The notes beneath the pieces were generated by a model. The model saw only the letters and a list, made by a program, of their open reading frames with translations. It did not search any database and was not told the DNA's origin. Both the position numbers and the translations under genes were made by a program. Of a DNA stretch of 64,000 bases, positions 25,519 through 38,849 are shown in pieces (the stretch's first letter is position 1; each line of letters opens with the position of its first letter). Source of the DNA: Octopus sinensis (Eukaryota). The stretch lies in contig NC_043007.1 of NCBI RefSeq assembly GCF_006345805.1, positions 36,394,001 through 36,458,000 of the forward strand, written 5' to 3'.

Positions 25519-25900
25519 GTGTATATATACATGTATTATATATGTATATATATATATGTGTGTATATATATATATATGTATATATGTGTATATATACATG
25601 TATATATATATGTATATATGTGTATATATACATGTATATATATATGTATAAATGTGTATATATACATGTATATATATATGTATATATATGTATATATATA
25701 TATATATAATATATGTATATATGTGTATATATACATGTATATATATGTATATATATATATGTGTGTATATATATATATATATGTATATGTGTATATATAC
25801 ATGTATATATATATGTATATATGTGTATATATACATGTATATATATATGTATAAATGTGTATATATACATGTATATATATATGTATATATATATGTATAT
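25380..25900. repeat. Compound (TA)n/(TG) microsatellite with longer repeating sub-unit
   Basis: Recurring GTGTATATATACATGTATATATATAT; similar AT arrays at 20580-20830, 33810-34590, 34900-35120, 58070-58350. Confidence 0.9.
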
Positions 25901-26184
25901 GATTTCTTACTTTGACATTGTGGAATGAGATTTACAGTGGAAGGCAAGGAGAGAGGAGAAGTGGGAGTTGGTGTTATAGTTGACTGAATCAACTCCAGCA
26001 TATGACTGGTATATTTTATTTTCGTTAGAAACATGAAAGGCAAACATTTGACTTTGGCAAGATTTGAACCCAGAAAATAAACACATAAAACTAAAAAAGA
26101 AAAAAAATGCAAAGCATCTATTCTGGCTATTTCCACACTTTACTGTTGCTGCTACTAATACTATAACTACTACTACAACTACTA

Positions 26185-26413
26185 TTAACCCTTTAGCATT
26201 TAAACCGGCCGTATCCGGCCAAAAGTATTCTACCTGTTTTATGTTCAAACTGGCCAGATCTGGTCTCTCACACCAGCCCTACAATATCGTTTTAAAAATC
26301 AACAGCTACCTCATCAAAATCTCATAACTCCAAGATAATGCCTGATTAGTTCAAGGTAATGTGGATAAAAAAGGATTAATTTTGGCAGAATAATGCAAAC
26401 ACTAAAGGGTTAA
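26185..26413. mobile_element. piggyBac-type MITE
   Basis: TTAA TSD at 26185-26188 and 26410-26413; termini CCCTTTAG / CTAAAGGG. Confidence 0.85.
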
Positions 26414-26529
26414 GTAAGTAACCAACTAACTAACTGAAGAGAGGAGGAAGTATTTCATACCTCTACTCTCTCTTTATTGTGTGTTTGTGTGTGTGTGTGT
26501 GTGTGTGCGTGTGCGTGTTCTGCTTTTGA

Positions 26530-26860
26530 CAGAAGAACACCTGAATCATATGAAATCACATGAAAATCAAAATTCCCAGGCAGGAAATAATCTTGAACCC
26601 TAAACATCTCTTACAGCGGACTTAAAAGACATATGCTAGTTCGCAAAAAACATTCCTCCAGAATCAGATTCCAAAGGGCAAAGATGCAGAAGAAATCTGA
26701 ATAATACCTGTCACTTGTGTTTTAAACCCTGTCAGTCAGCAGCTGGTCTTAAAAGTCACCTGAGGGCTCATGAATGGAGGGATTGTGCCGTGTGATGGGA
26801 TCTGATGAGTGTGTTGATGGGACGGCTGTCATTTGTCAAGATGAAGCAATCATCATGTAT
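26530..26860 (+). mobile_element. Decayed LINE ORF C-terminus with C2H2 zinc-finger remnants (RTE-like)
   Basis: HLNHMKSH (26540), SYSGLKRHMLVR (26615) and TCHLCFKPCQSAAGLKSHLRAH (26706-26772), broken by stops and frameshifts. Confidence 0.6.
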
Positions 26861-28329
26861 CCATGAGTATATGCATGTATGTGTGTATATGCACTTCTTG
26901 TATTGCATTATAATTCAATAAATGGAGAGAAACTTCAATACCCATCACCGCTAAGTGACGGGGACGTAAACACACCAGCATCGGTTGTCAAGCAATGCTA
27001 GGGGGACAAACACACACACACACACACACACAGGCATATATATATATATATATACATATATACGACAGGCTTCTTTCAGTCTCCGTCTACCAAATCCACT
27101 CACAAGGCATTGGTCGGCCCGGGGCTATAGCAGAAGACACTTGCGCAAGATGCCACACAGTGGGACTGAACCCGGAACCATGTGGTTGGTTAGCAAGCTA
27201 CTTACCACACAGCCACTCCTGCGCCTATTTATTACACAATTCATGTTAAGAAAGGTTACCATAATATTGTGCCAATCAAAACCATTAAGAAATATGGTTA
27301 CTGCTGTCTCAGTAGCCATAATAAAATGTTTTCAAGCTTTCTGATGAGATGCTGGTCAATTGCCTGAGTCTATGTGACACAATAATGATTTTGATAAGCA
27401 TAATATTATAGCAACCGCCCCTAATAGGATTGTGTGCACAGTGTGTGTGTGTGCGTGCGCATGTGCACATAAACACACACACACACATTGTTTCAAAGCT
27501 GATTATTCAGTCTGGCACTACTCTAAGTTTCTTTCTAATGGAAATCGGGTATATTATACAGATACATTGGTTTCCCCCAATGTGTAAAAAAAAAATAAAA
27601 ATTAATAACAGAAAACCTTAAAAAAAGAAGAGGAAAAGTTGATTCCAGTGGAATTTGAACTCAGGATCAAGGTAAAGAGAAGGGAAATCTAATTATGCCC
27701 TGATTATAGATCATCATCATCTTGTTATATATCAACATACATATTCTCTTTTACTTGTTTCAGTCATTTGACTGCAGCCATGCTGGAGCACCACCTTTAG
27801 GCGAGCAAATCGACCCCAGGACTTATTCTCTGTAAACCCAGAACTTATTCTATTGGGTGCTTTTGCTGAACCGCTAAGTGACGGCGACGTAAACACACCA
27901 GCATTGGTTGTCAAGCAATGCTAGGGGGACAAATACAGATACACACATATATATATATATATATATACATATATACCACGGGCTTCTTTCAGTTTCTGTC
28001 AACCAAATCCACCCACAAGGCTTTAGTCGGCCCGAGGCTATAGTAGAAGACACTTGCCCAAGATGCCACGCAGTGGGACTGAACCCGGAACCATGTGGTT
28101 GGTAAGCAAGCTACTTACCACACAGCCACTCCTGCGCCTATACATTTATAAGAAATGTAAAAGAATGGTCTAGAGATGTAGACAATCCTCTGCAAAAGCC
28201 TCCAGAACAACTATAATGAAGCACCAGATTAAAGACCCATTCCAAAATGCTTAAAGTACAAGAAATGCAGCCAAAAGAAATTTTGCAGCAATCTTTGGAT
28301 ATTTAAAATCAGAACTCTCTGTGTCCGGG

Positions 28330-28930
28330 ACAAGAATTGTGCTAAAATGTATTAATTGGAAGAGTTGCACAAAACCTTCTCATTGTCTTTAGAGAAGTCA
28401 GAACAATTCTATAGTGTGTCTCATGCAGGAATTATACCTAAAAGTATCAGTTGGAAGAAATGCACAAATTCTTGCTGTCATTCTTAGAAAAGTCAGAACA
28501 AAAGTTCTAATAGTACAGTTTATTGTGATAAAATGGAAGAATTGCACAAAATCTTGCTGCAGCTCTTTAAAAAGTTAGAACAAGCTGGTGTAGGAATTAT
28601 GCTAAAATGTGGAAAGTGAAAGAATTGTACAAAATTTTGCAGCTGTCAATTAGAAAAGTCAGAACATCTATAAGATTGTATCTGATGCAGGAATTGTACA
28701 AAAATCCTTCAGCTGGAAAGTCTGCATAGAATCTTGCTCCAGTCCTTAGAAATGTTGGAACAATGATCTTGCAAATGCAGGTGATGCAAGAATTATGCAA
28801 AAATGCATTGTTGGAAGAATTTTGCACAAATTAGAAAAATTAGAACAACAATTCTAAGAATGAATCTGACAGAGGAATTGTACCAAAAATGCAGTGGATA
28901 GAAGAATTTTGCACTGATGAAAATTATTGC
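28330..28930 (+). repeat. Highly degenerate ~75-100-bp tandem repeat (about 7 units)
   Basis: Recurring order GAATT(G/A)T..AAAAT / GGAAGAATTGCACAAAA / TTAGAAAAGTCAGAACA. Confidence 0.7.
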
Positions 28931-29839
28931 CAAAGCCCTTAAAAGACAATCAAAACAACAACAAAAGTGCATTTGATGCAAGGATTTTTATGAACATTTA
29001 TAGAAGACATCTTTTATGGAAGAGATTTTGATGAGGACTGAGAGACAGGGAGGGAGAGGGGAGTGAGAGACAGGCAGACAGACAGAGACAGATTTTGGTA
29101 TCATTGCTGTTAATTATTCACAAGAAGTCAGTTCTGATTGATTATGATGATGATGAAAGATGCTCTAACCATGGCAATTCTGTTTATTTGCATATCCAGG
29201 GACTAAATTGTTTATACTGTGCCCCATTTTTCAAGACTGTAGTGTGATTTGAGGGATTTAGCGGCTAGCTCTAGCAGGTTAAGTGACCATACAGAGGCTT
29301 CCCCTCATTACTACTCTACATTAGAAGGTCATCTCTTAGTGTGTGATAATATATCTACATGTGAGTGAGCCTATGGACATATGTATGTGATTATGTATGT
29401 AGGTGTATATGGTGTATGTAGGTTCATAATATATATGCATGTATGTATGTTTGGGTATAACAAAACTTTAGGAAAAACCAACGTTTTCTCTTAAATGCTT
29501 CAAAGAAAGAAAGAAGAAAAGGAAGACAGAAATGCCTCCCATTCCACCACTCACCAATTGTCACCATCACTAGAAGTATTATCAGTACCATCATCATCTC
29601 ATTTATTCCCCTCTCCCCTACATCGCCTCTGTTTCTTTTGACATCATAGGACCAAACTGCATAACATATGATCTTAATACTGGTTCATACTGGTGTGTGA
29701 AGGGCCCACAATCTCAATCTAATCTTCACCAAGATCATCTGCAGACTTCTCTTCTTTATTGATCTGCTTTTCTTTTTTTTTTTTTGTTTTGTTTTATCCT
29801 GTGAATGAACTCCAAAATCAAAAAGCACAGGCACATATA

Positions 29840-29870
<31 letters not shown>

Positions 29871-31149
29871 CTTACAAACGTACATCACAAGATCAAATAC
29901 ACTCATATAATCATACAAACATCACAAGAGTCACATACACACAAACATACACATACACACCCTACACAAATGCTTGCACACACACCACACGAGTACAAAA
30001 TATTTTTAGTTTGAATAAAAATAAATAAAATAAGAAAAATTTAAATTTAAAAAACCAAAATTTAAAATAAAAGTACGCTTTTTTAAATCCCATGATGCAT
30101 CTGGATGGAAAAGAAAAGAGAAGAAAAATGAAAGGGAGGGGTTGTTATATCCCATGATGCTTTATTATTATTAAAAAAATTTTTTTTTTTTTAAATTTTA
30201 TTTTCAATGATTTTGGTTGGTCAGGAAAAGAAGGAACAGTAGCAGTGTTCATGACATTTTTGCATGGTTTCCTGAAGCTAAAGAATAAGAGGAAGAACTT
30301 TCTTTCAGACTTTGGGCCAAATTTGAGCAGCTTGTATGATGAACTGGATGGAGAACAGATTTTAAAAAATACAAAAAAATACTGTGTAGACATTATGGTA
30401 ATTTTGGTGGGTTTAGGGAACACAAAAATCTGAAAAAAAATTGGGTTTGATATATTTTCAAGTACGAAACAAACATCCTTTAGTAGTGGTGGGCATGGCG
30501 GCAACAGTGTTGTACGCATGTTAATATATAAGGAGTCCTTGTTGGTATTGTATGCGTTAATATATAAGAGATTTCCTTTTTGTTAGTTGATGTCTATTTT
30601 GTTTTTTGCTATGGTTTCTTTTTTTGTTGGGTTTTTTTTTCTTTTTTTTTCATTTTTGGTCGTTTAAAAAATTTTTTTTTTCTTCTTTTCTCTCTTTTCT
30701 CCTTTAAGCAATATATGTTTTATATATAAATATCAATGTTATTTTGCTTTGTGAAGTCAATTGTATTGATGTTTGTAGGCCATATTCAGTCTATTTTGAG
30801 GCTGTGTTTTTTAGTAGAGCAACTTCAAACTTCAATATAAAATATTATTGAAGATTTGTGCACTGTTGTTGTTGTGAAGAGAAAATGGAAGATGTGTTCT
30901 GGTGATGCGTTGCTAAGTTCTCTGAGCTATGCTGTGAGCTGTCCTTGTGTTGGAGCAGCCACCAATTGTGTGGCTTTGTTTTTAACAGTTTTCTTCTTTT
31001 AAAACAATATATATATATATGTATTATATATATATATATATATATACATATATATATTATATATATATAGATAGATATATATATATATATTTCATAGAGA
31101 TTCTAATATTTTATCGATCATCAGAAATCTCCTGGTTGGTTTTGCCAGA

Positions 31150-31165
31150 GAGGGAGGGAGAGAGA

Positions 31166-31198
<33 letters not shown>

Positions 31199-31560
31199 AG
31201 AGAATTAGATCAAGAGAAAAAGAAAGAGAGAGAGAAAGGAAGATTGGAGGGATTAAAAGAAAGAGAAAGATGATGGAATGGAAATGTAGGGAGAGGAAGG
31301 AAAAGACAGAAAGAGAGAGAGAGAGAGAGTGAGAGTGAGAATTAGATCAAGAGAAAAAGAAAGAGAGAAAGGGAGATTGGATGGATCAGCAGAAAGAGAA
31401 AGATGATAGAATGGAGATGTAGGGAGAGGAAGGAAAAGACATAGAAAGAGAAAGAGAGAGAATGAGTGAGAGAGAGGCAGATAAAGAGAATGAAGGTGAG
31501 ATAGAGTCACGAGAGGAAGGAGGTGAGAATGAACAGAAATGAGCGAGAGAGACAATACAA
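31150..31560. repeat. GA-rich low-complexity tract with a ~125-bp internal duplication
   Basis: AGAATTAGATCAAGAGAAAAAGAAAGAG...AGGAAAAGACA occurs at about 31201 and about 31338. Confidence 0.75.
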
Positions 31561-33812
31561 ATTACAAAACAAAGGTTACATTAATATATCTGGTTTGTAA
31601 TTAATGCTTTCAAGGTAAAATACTATACATGTTAGTGTAGATATGTTCCCCCAACCCCACTATACTGTGACACAAATGTGTGCTACATTTGTTCCATGAG
31701 TGTGCCATGAGGTTTTGCGATGAATCAAAAAAATACTGGGCTATTTAGAAAAGTTGAGTGCTTTTGATACGCCGTATTCATGCATGTGTATTCTTTTGCA
31801 ACTTGGCAACAAAATGCAATGGATGCACCCTTCTCTGTTTTAAAACCGTTTTAATACCCTTTTTTGTTTCAATCTTATACTCGGAAAGGAAGGTAGTACT
31901 CATGAACCCTTTTGAAGGACCTCTGAAACTGGTGGGAGGGAAAGGGAGAAGGTATCCTCAAACTGGAGGCCCTAGCTCAGATGCTCACCACAGAATAGTC
32001 TCTACTAAAGGCACCCAAGGTGCTAGACACAATATTAAGGGAAGGAGACACAAGCATACATACTCACTCACACAACAGGCTTCTTTCAGTTTTCATCTAC
32101 CCAAATCTTCTCAAGGCATTAGCCAGCTGGGACTATAGCAGAACAGACTTGCCCAAGGTGCCACGCAGTGGGACTGAACCTGAAACCATGTGTTTAGGAA
32201 GCAAACTTCTTAACCACACAGCCATGCCTGCACATGTCACTCTAAAACAGATATACCTGGTCCTTCCAATGGACTAAGAAGTTGGGAGACAGAAACCAAC
32301 TGCTTATGGGTTGTAATTGTAGGAAGGGTCACACATCAAGTTATCAAATTATCCTCACACTAGAAATCTGGTTCCAATACTTGTGATACAGTAGACCATA
32401 CCCAAGGACCAAATGGTGGTGTTAAAACAGATGACAGTATAGTTTACAGGCAGACAGACATTATGAAGAAGGGCCATTATCCAAACATAAACAGTAGTTG
32501 TCTGATATGAAAGACCAAAGCTTCTGAGAGAAATTTAGCAAGCCTGAACAAAACTCCTGCAGAATTCAAAGGTGCTGGGTTATTTCATTTTTTTTTTTTA
32601 ATAAGGAGAGGCCTAGTAGACAATTATAGGCTCTTCTTTGGCTCTCTGGGCCTGGATCAATGTACCAGCCAAAACCTACTCTTATAAGCCCTGAGTAGGG
32701 CAGTATTATTATTTATGTAATGAAGTGTTATCATCATCATCTTTAAGGTTGTTCAGAGTGTTACGTGAAATGGATTATAAAGTTGCAGTAGTTTACATTC
32801 CCATCCATTCACACACACACATTTATATATGTAAATATGGAAACCAGCAACTGGTTATAATATAAACCACATGCTAATGGTCAAAGGGCCAGTAAAAACA
32901 GGGTCTCTTCAGGGGTTGCCCAGTAAAGACAATATGTGGACACCTAAAAGGTTTAAATAAAAGATGAAAACCTGTCAAAAGCAAATGGATTCCTTGAGAC
33001 CCAACAATACCCATATCTTACAAAGGAGAAGGATGTCAGCACAATGTTACTTCAATAAAAATGGAAAAAAAAACCCTCCAGGTTCCCAATGGTAAAAATA
33101 CTACCAAAATGACATGACCTGATATGTGAAAAAAAAAAAGCTAGAAGCAAAGAAATTTGAAAAGTTAGAACTCGCCCCTTTCCGTAGCACACAGAACATA
33201 AGCTTATCAAAGAATTTTGAATTTTACTCATATGAATGTACAGTATTAGTATTGACAATATAACTTGAAAGTAATCAGCAGTTGTAGATTTGATGGGTAG
33301 CAACTATATATGTATGTAGCAGACTAATAAACCAGGGTTAGAAAGAAGAAAAAAAGAGAGAGATGGAGAGGGTTATTTGAAAACACCATCCATTGGCAAA
33401 GCTTTATCCCAGTACAGAACCAATAACTCACCTATACACCCTTTATTTTTTTTTTTCAGTTTTTTTTTTCTTAAAATTGCAAAAAAAAAAAAAAATGAAT
33501 CCAGTATATAATTTAGTTTTAAAATTTTTTCTTAAATGTTTAAAAAAAGAATGACCATTAATTTGTGTTTTTTGCTTTTTTTTTGTAAATTAGAGAAAGA
33601 GAAAGAGAGTGAGAAATTGAGATAGAGGTGGAGGGGGGACAGAGAAAACGAGGACCATTTTAATTAGCAATTAATGGCTGCACGTTATATGAGTGAGAAC
33701 TGGAAATAAGTCACTGAGTGAGCACTAAATGTATACATATACATATATCTGTAAGTATGCATGTGTGTGTGTGTAAAATAAATCTCACACACCACACACT
33801 CACATATACACG

Positions 33813-33843
<31 letters not shown>

Positions 33844-33952
33844 GTGTATATATATGTGTTTATATATATGTGTATATATATATGTATATATATATGTATA
33901 TATATATGTTATATATATATATATATATATAGTATATATATATATGTATATA

Positions 33953-34020
<68 letters not shown>

Positions 34021-34513
34021 ATGTGTATATATATATGTGTATATATATATGTGTATATATATATATGTGTATAATATATATATATATAATATATATATGT
34101 GTATATATATATGTATATATATGTGTAATATATATGTATATATATAAATATATGTATATATATAAATATATGTATATATATAAATATATATATATATTAA
34201 ATATATATATATATATAAATATATATTATATATAAATATATATATATATATATAAATATATAATATATATAATATATATATATAAATATATATATATATG
34301 TAAAATATATATATATATGTAATATATATATATATAAATATATATATATAAATAATATATATATAAATATATATATATATATAAATATATATATTATAAT
34401 ATATATATATAATATATATATAAATATATATATATAAATATATATATATATAATAATATATTATATATATATAAATATATATATATATATAATATATATA
34501 TATATATATAAAT

Positions 34514-34572
<59 letters not shown>

Positions 34573-34747
34573 GATATATATATATATATACACACAAAGT
34601 ATCAAAGTATGGGGGTTTAGTTCACAGGTGATCTAAACAATTAGGTACGCTAGGTAAGTGCTGCATTGGATTCCTTGGGCTCCAAGGTTATAGCCGAGAC
34701 AGTAGTTATGGAGCCATTGCAGATTTCCAATGCAACGGATATATAAT

Positions 34748-34896
34748 GTTAAACAGGACAGCAAACATAAGGCAAGGCAAACATCTCAAGTCATATACAA
34801 TATTATTACAGGAAGAAATTCAAAATTCTTCCTATTATAATATTGTACATAACTTGGAGATGTTGCCTTGCCTTAATGTTTGCTGTCCTGCTTAAC
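34748..34896. repeat. Imperfect palindrome, ~70-bp arms
   Basis: GTTAAACAGGACAGCAAACATAAGGCAAGGCAAACATCTC...GAAGAA / TTCTTCC...GAGATGTTGCCTTGCCTTAATGTTTGCTGTCCTGCTTAAC. Confidence 0.85.
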
Positions 34897-34899
34897 AAT

Positions 34900-34951
<52 letters not shown>

Positions 34952-34992
34952 GTATATATATATATATGTATATATATATATGTATATATATG

Positions 34993-35041
<49 letters not shown>

Positions 35042-35050
35042 CTATGTGAG

Positions 35051-35103
<53 letters not shown>

Positions 35104-35423
35104 TTATAATATATATATTAATGTTTGTTTTTATGTTGAGTTATAATGAGAACAATTTTATGTTAATGTGAAAGATTTACTTTTTTAGAGTACACATTTA
35201 TTGTTCTTTTACAAGAATAAGATTGATAGGGACTTCGAAATTTTGGCCTGCTAGCCTTCAGCAGACAGTGCAATGGAGTTTAGCAGATCAAAACTTCAAA
35301 CTCATTGTCAATACAGTTCTTGTAAAAGAATTATGTGTGTGTTGATGTTTGAGTGGGTGTATACACATGTATGTATAAAATTTCATGTGTTTGTGTGTGT
35401 ATAACATAAATTTCAGATCGTTT

Positions 35424-35627
35424 TTAAACCCCATTAGTTGATTTCTGGTCCCGGTTTTTACTGAGGCAGAAACTTTCATGAGGCCCTGAATGGCCAAGAT
35501 CTAACCAGCTGTCCAGATTCTGTTCTTGTCTGAACAACTCCCACCTTTCGTCATCGGATTCGTGAGTGAGATATCGACTGCCCACCAAGGATTCAAGCAT
35601 CCGGAGATCACACCATGTCAGATAATC
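35424..35627 (-). CDS. PRKD: Protein kinase D, last coding exon
   Basis: [29 protein letters not shown]...KSTNGV*; acceptor TTTTCAG; phase 0. Confidence 0.93.
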   Translation of the reverse strand, partial: DYLTWCDLRMLESLVGSRYLTHESDDERWELFRQEQNLDSWLDLGHSGPHESFCLSKNRDQKSTNGV

Positions 35628-36363
35628 CTGAAAATTAAGAAAAAGAAACAAGAGTAAATAATTGATACTTGAAGGTTGTTTGACATAACAGAAGTAGCAG
35701 CCAAATTTACTATAGGCATAGAAGTGGCTTGCTTATGAACCACATGGTTCCGGGTTCAGTCCCACTGTGAGGCACCTTGGGCGAGTGCCTTCTACTATAG
35801 CTTCGGGCCGACCAAAGCCTTGTGAGTGGATTTGGTAGGTGGAAACTGAAAGAAGCCCATTGTATATATATATATATGTGTGTGTGTGTATGTATATTTG
35901 TGTGTCTGTGTTTTTGTTCCCCCAACATTGCTTGACAACCAATGCTGGTGTGTTTACATCCCCATAACTTAGCAGTTCGGCAAAAGAGACCGATAGAATA
36001 AGTACTAGGCTTACAAAGAATAAGTCCTGGGGTCAACTGCTTGACTAAAGGCAGTGATCCAGCATGATCACAGTCAAATGACTGAAACAAATAAAAGAGT
36101 AAAAGAGTTCAAACATGTTTGGGGCATATTCAAACCCACAAGAAAACCATTCACTGAGTTCTGTCATTTATCTTTCTTACAGGTTCGAATAATCCCCAAG
36201 CATATTTGAACAGGTAATAACCCTGTATTTACATACATCACTGCTTAGCACTGCCACCCACTAATACATAATGTTGTTATGAACTCTACATGTGATGCAT
36301 AGTAGAAAGGAAGCATCAGTGAAAAAAAGGTAAGAAGAGAAGAGAAACAGGAGAGAAGATTAC

Positions 36364-36449
36364 CTGAAGCCACACGTGTGCTAACGATTTATCCACTGTA
36401 AAACGTTTCCTCATGTTTACTTGGAGCAAGTTATTAATCAAATCGATGG
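36364..36449 (-). CDS. PRKD: Protein kinase D exon (subdomain XI)
   Basis: (A)[28 protein letters not shown]; 86 nt; AG/GT. Confidence 0.95.
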
Positions 36450-36599
36450 CTGTGAAATAAAAGATGAAGAGAATAAAATCAAGTGGAGACAACTCTGCAA
36501 TGACTGTATTTCATATGCATACACACAATTACGAATTCAAGAGACAGAAGACATTTTAAAACTGGTCTGGAAAAGGTTACAAGTTTAAAGGTGTACAAT

Positions 36600-37200
36600 A
36601 CAAATTTTAAAGGATCTGTGGAAGAGGGAGACCAAGGAAGACATGGGACGAAGTATTGAGGGCCGATCTCAAGACCATCGAGCCTAATGAACTTACAAAG
36701 GAGATGACCAAAGAACCAAGATATCTGGTACCTTGCCATAGCAGAATTGATACAAGTGCTGGTGCCACATAAAAAGCACTCAGTACATTGGGTGTGGTGT
36801 GGATGGCATAAGGAAGGGCGAAGGCAGCGAGCTGGCAGAATCGTTAGCATGCCGGACGAAACTCTTAGCCGTATTTCGTCTGCCGTTACGTTCTGAGTTC
36901 AAATTCCGTCGAGGTCGACTTTGCCTTTCATCCTTTCAGGGTCGATAAATTAAGTACCAGTTATGCACTGGGGTCGATGTAATCGACTTAATCCATGTGT
37001 CTGTCCTTGTTTGTCCCCTCTCTGTGTTTAGCCCCTTGTGGGTAGTAAAGAAATAGGCATAAGGAAGGGCATCCAGCCACAGAAACCATGTCAGAACAGA
37101 CAATAGAATCTGGTGCGGCCCCTAGCCTTACCAGCTCCAGTCAAACTCTCCAACTCATGCCAGCATGGAAAACGGACATTAATGATGATGTAACAATGAT
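36600..37200 (+). mobile_element. RTE LINE C-terminus plus 3' UTR repeat, interrupted by a family-B SINE (36820-37055)
   Basis: GRPRKTWDEVLRADLK...TKEMT; 15-bp TSD GGCATAAGGAAGGGC at 36805-36819 and 37056-37070. Confidence 0.75.
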
Positions 37201-37397
37201 GATTAAATGAGAAGATGCATTGGAGAAATAATTGATGAACAGAACAATATTAATTATGACAGTGGACATCGTTGCATTGTTATGTGTATATATGTGATTT
37301 GTTTGTTGATGCAGTAAAATATTTTCTTTGGACCCATGGAGGTTAGAAGTCTCTCTGCAACTGCTACAAAGAAAGACATAGTAATACTTGTCTCTGT

Positions 37398-37777
37398 GGA
37401 GGCGCAATGGCCCAGTGGTTAGGGCAGCGGACTCGCGGTCGTAGGATCACGGTTTCGATTCCCAGACCGGGTGTTGTGAGTGTTTATTGAGCGAAAACAC
37501 CTAAGGCACCACGAGGCTCCGGCAGGGATGGTGGTGATCCCTGCTGTACTCTTTCACCACAACTTTCTCTCACTCTTACTACCTGTTTCTGTTGTACCTG
37601 TATTTCAAAGGGCCGGCCTTGTCACTCTGTGTCACGCCGAATATCCCCGAGAACTACGTTAAGGGTACACGTGTCTGTGGAGTGCTCAGCCACTTACACG
37701 TTAATTTCACGAGCAGGCTGTTCCGTTGATCGGATCAACCGGAACCCTCGTCGTCGGAACCGATGGAGTGCTTCCAG
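37398..37777 (+). mobile_element. tRNA-derived SINE, family A
   Basis: Near-identical to 977-1363; flanked by AATACTTGTCT (37383-37393 and 37778-37788). Confidence 0.85.
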
Positions 37778-37908
37778 AATACTTGTCTTTATAATTAGAG
37801 AGAGTGAAAATTCTATTTTCTCTTTTTAAGGACAGGTCGGTGCTCCTGGTTTGGCATCACCTTTACCACAGTGGTGGACTTGACATTTGTCTGTATATTT
37901 ATATTATA

Positions 37909-38319
37909 CTAGCAGCTAAGCCCGGTTTCACCTGGTCTGTTTGGATAATGTGGCTGTGTTCATTTTTTGGTTAGGCATAATCTATAACAGCGTTTCTCAA
38001 CCTTATCATTTCGGGTCCCCTGTATCGATTGGAGCCTTCAGCTGTATGAAAATTTCCTGACCCCACCCCGTCAGAAAACAGCTTCTAAGCAACTGGTTGT
38101 TTTAATGGTGGAAGAAAGAGGGTAATTCCATTAGAAAAAGATTTCATCGATTTTCTCGGTAAGTATGGGGGCTAGGGAAAAACTACAAACCACATTCCAA
38201 TCTATGCATCCATCTCCACATGTGTACCATTTTTCACGTGAATCCACCTCGCTGTTTGGCTGTGAACCTCAAGACAAAAAAGAATACAACAATCGCCCAT
38301 GTCCAATTTATATTATAGA
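37909..38319 (-). mobile_element. Non-autonomous Helitron (different body from 13441)
   Basis: Minus strand A|TCTATAATATAAA...CCAGGTGAAACCGGG-CTTAGCTG-CTAG|T. Confidence 0.7.
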
Positions 38320-38849
38320 TTTATATTTGTCTGTATATTAAAGTAGGTCAACCAAGAACAACAGAATTTCTTCAGAATTATTTGTCTTGACCCTTGGATA
38401 CACTGAAAAGGTCCAAGAAATCAACTCATTCTCATTAATCTCTAAATGCAGAGAGAAAAAAACAACAGACTGGAAATTTGTTTGACAATTGATAAAAATG
38501 TGGATTTGGTTTCGAATCCACTTAGCTTAGAATCCACTGTTTGTCACAGATCTACCAGCCATTAATTAATATCTTCCAATTCATGGAAGACACACATGTA
38601 TTTCTTACTCATTTTTTTTCTTTAAATTCTAGTTTTTGTGTATTTGTTTTTCTTTATTCTTTTGTATAAGGGTGAGTAGTTTTTGTATTTTTTTTTTGTT
38701 ACTGTACATGTATTTCCGGTTTCATTGCTGTCTTTCTCTTCTTGACTTATCTGTCTACTTTCTGAACCCCTCATTTAACCTTTTCCAACAAGTTGCAGTG
38801 TACATGAGCACTGTATACAATTAGCTCATCATTATCATTGTTACCCAAT

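Noticed and set aside
25340-26140. Long Y/I/T/H-rich ORFs here and at 20405-20794, 33685-34605, 57717-58444
   Set aside because: Translations of (TA)n/(CA)n microsatellites, which are stop-free by composition.
26530-26800. Host C2H2 zinc-finger gene exon
   Set aside because: Stops and frameshifts between fingers; the finger style (S.AGLKSH.R.H) matches LINE ORF C-termini.
30245-30433. ORF with DFGPNLSSLYDELDGEQIL after a TTTCAG
   Set aside because: No recognisable family and no supported upstream exon.
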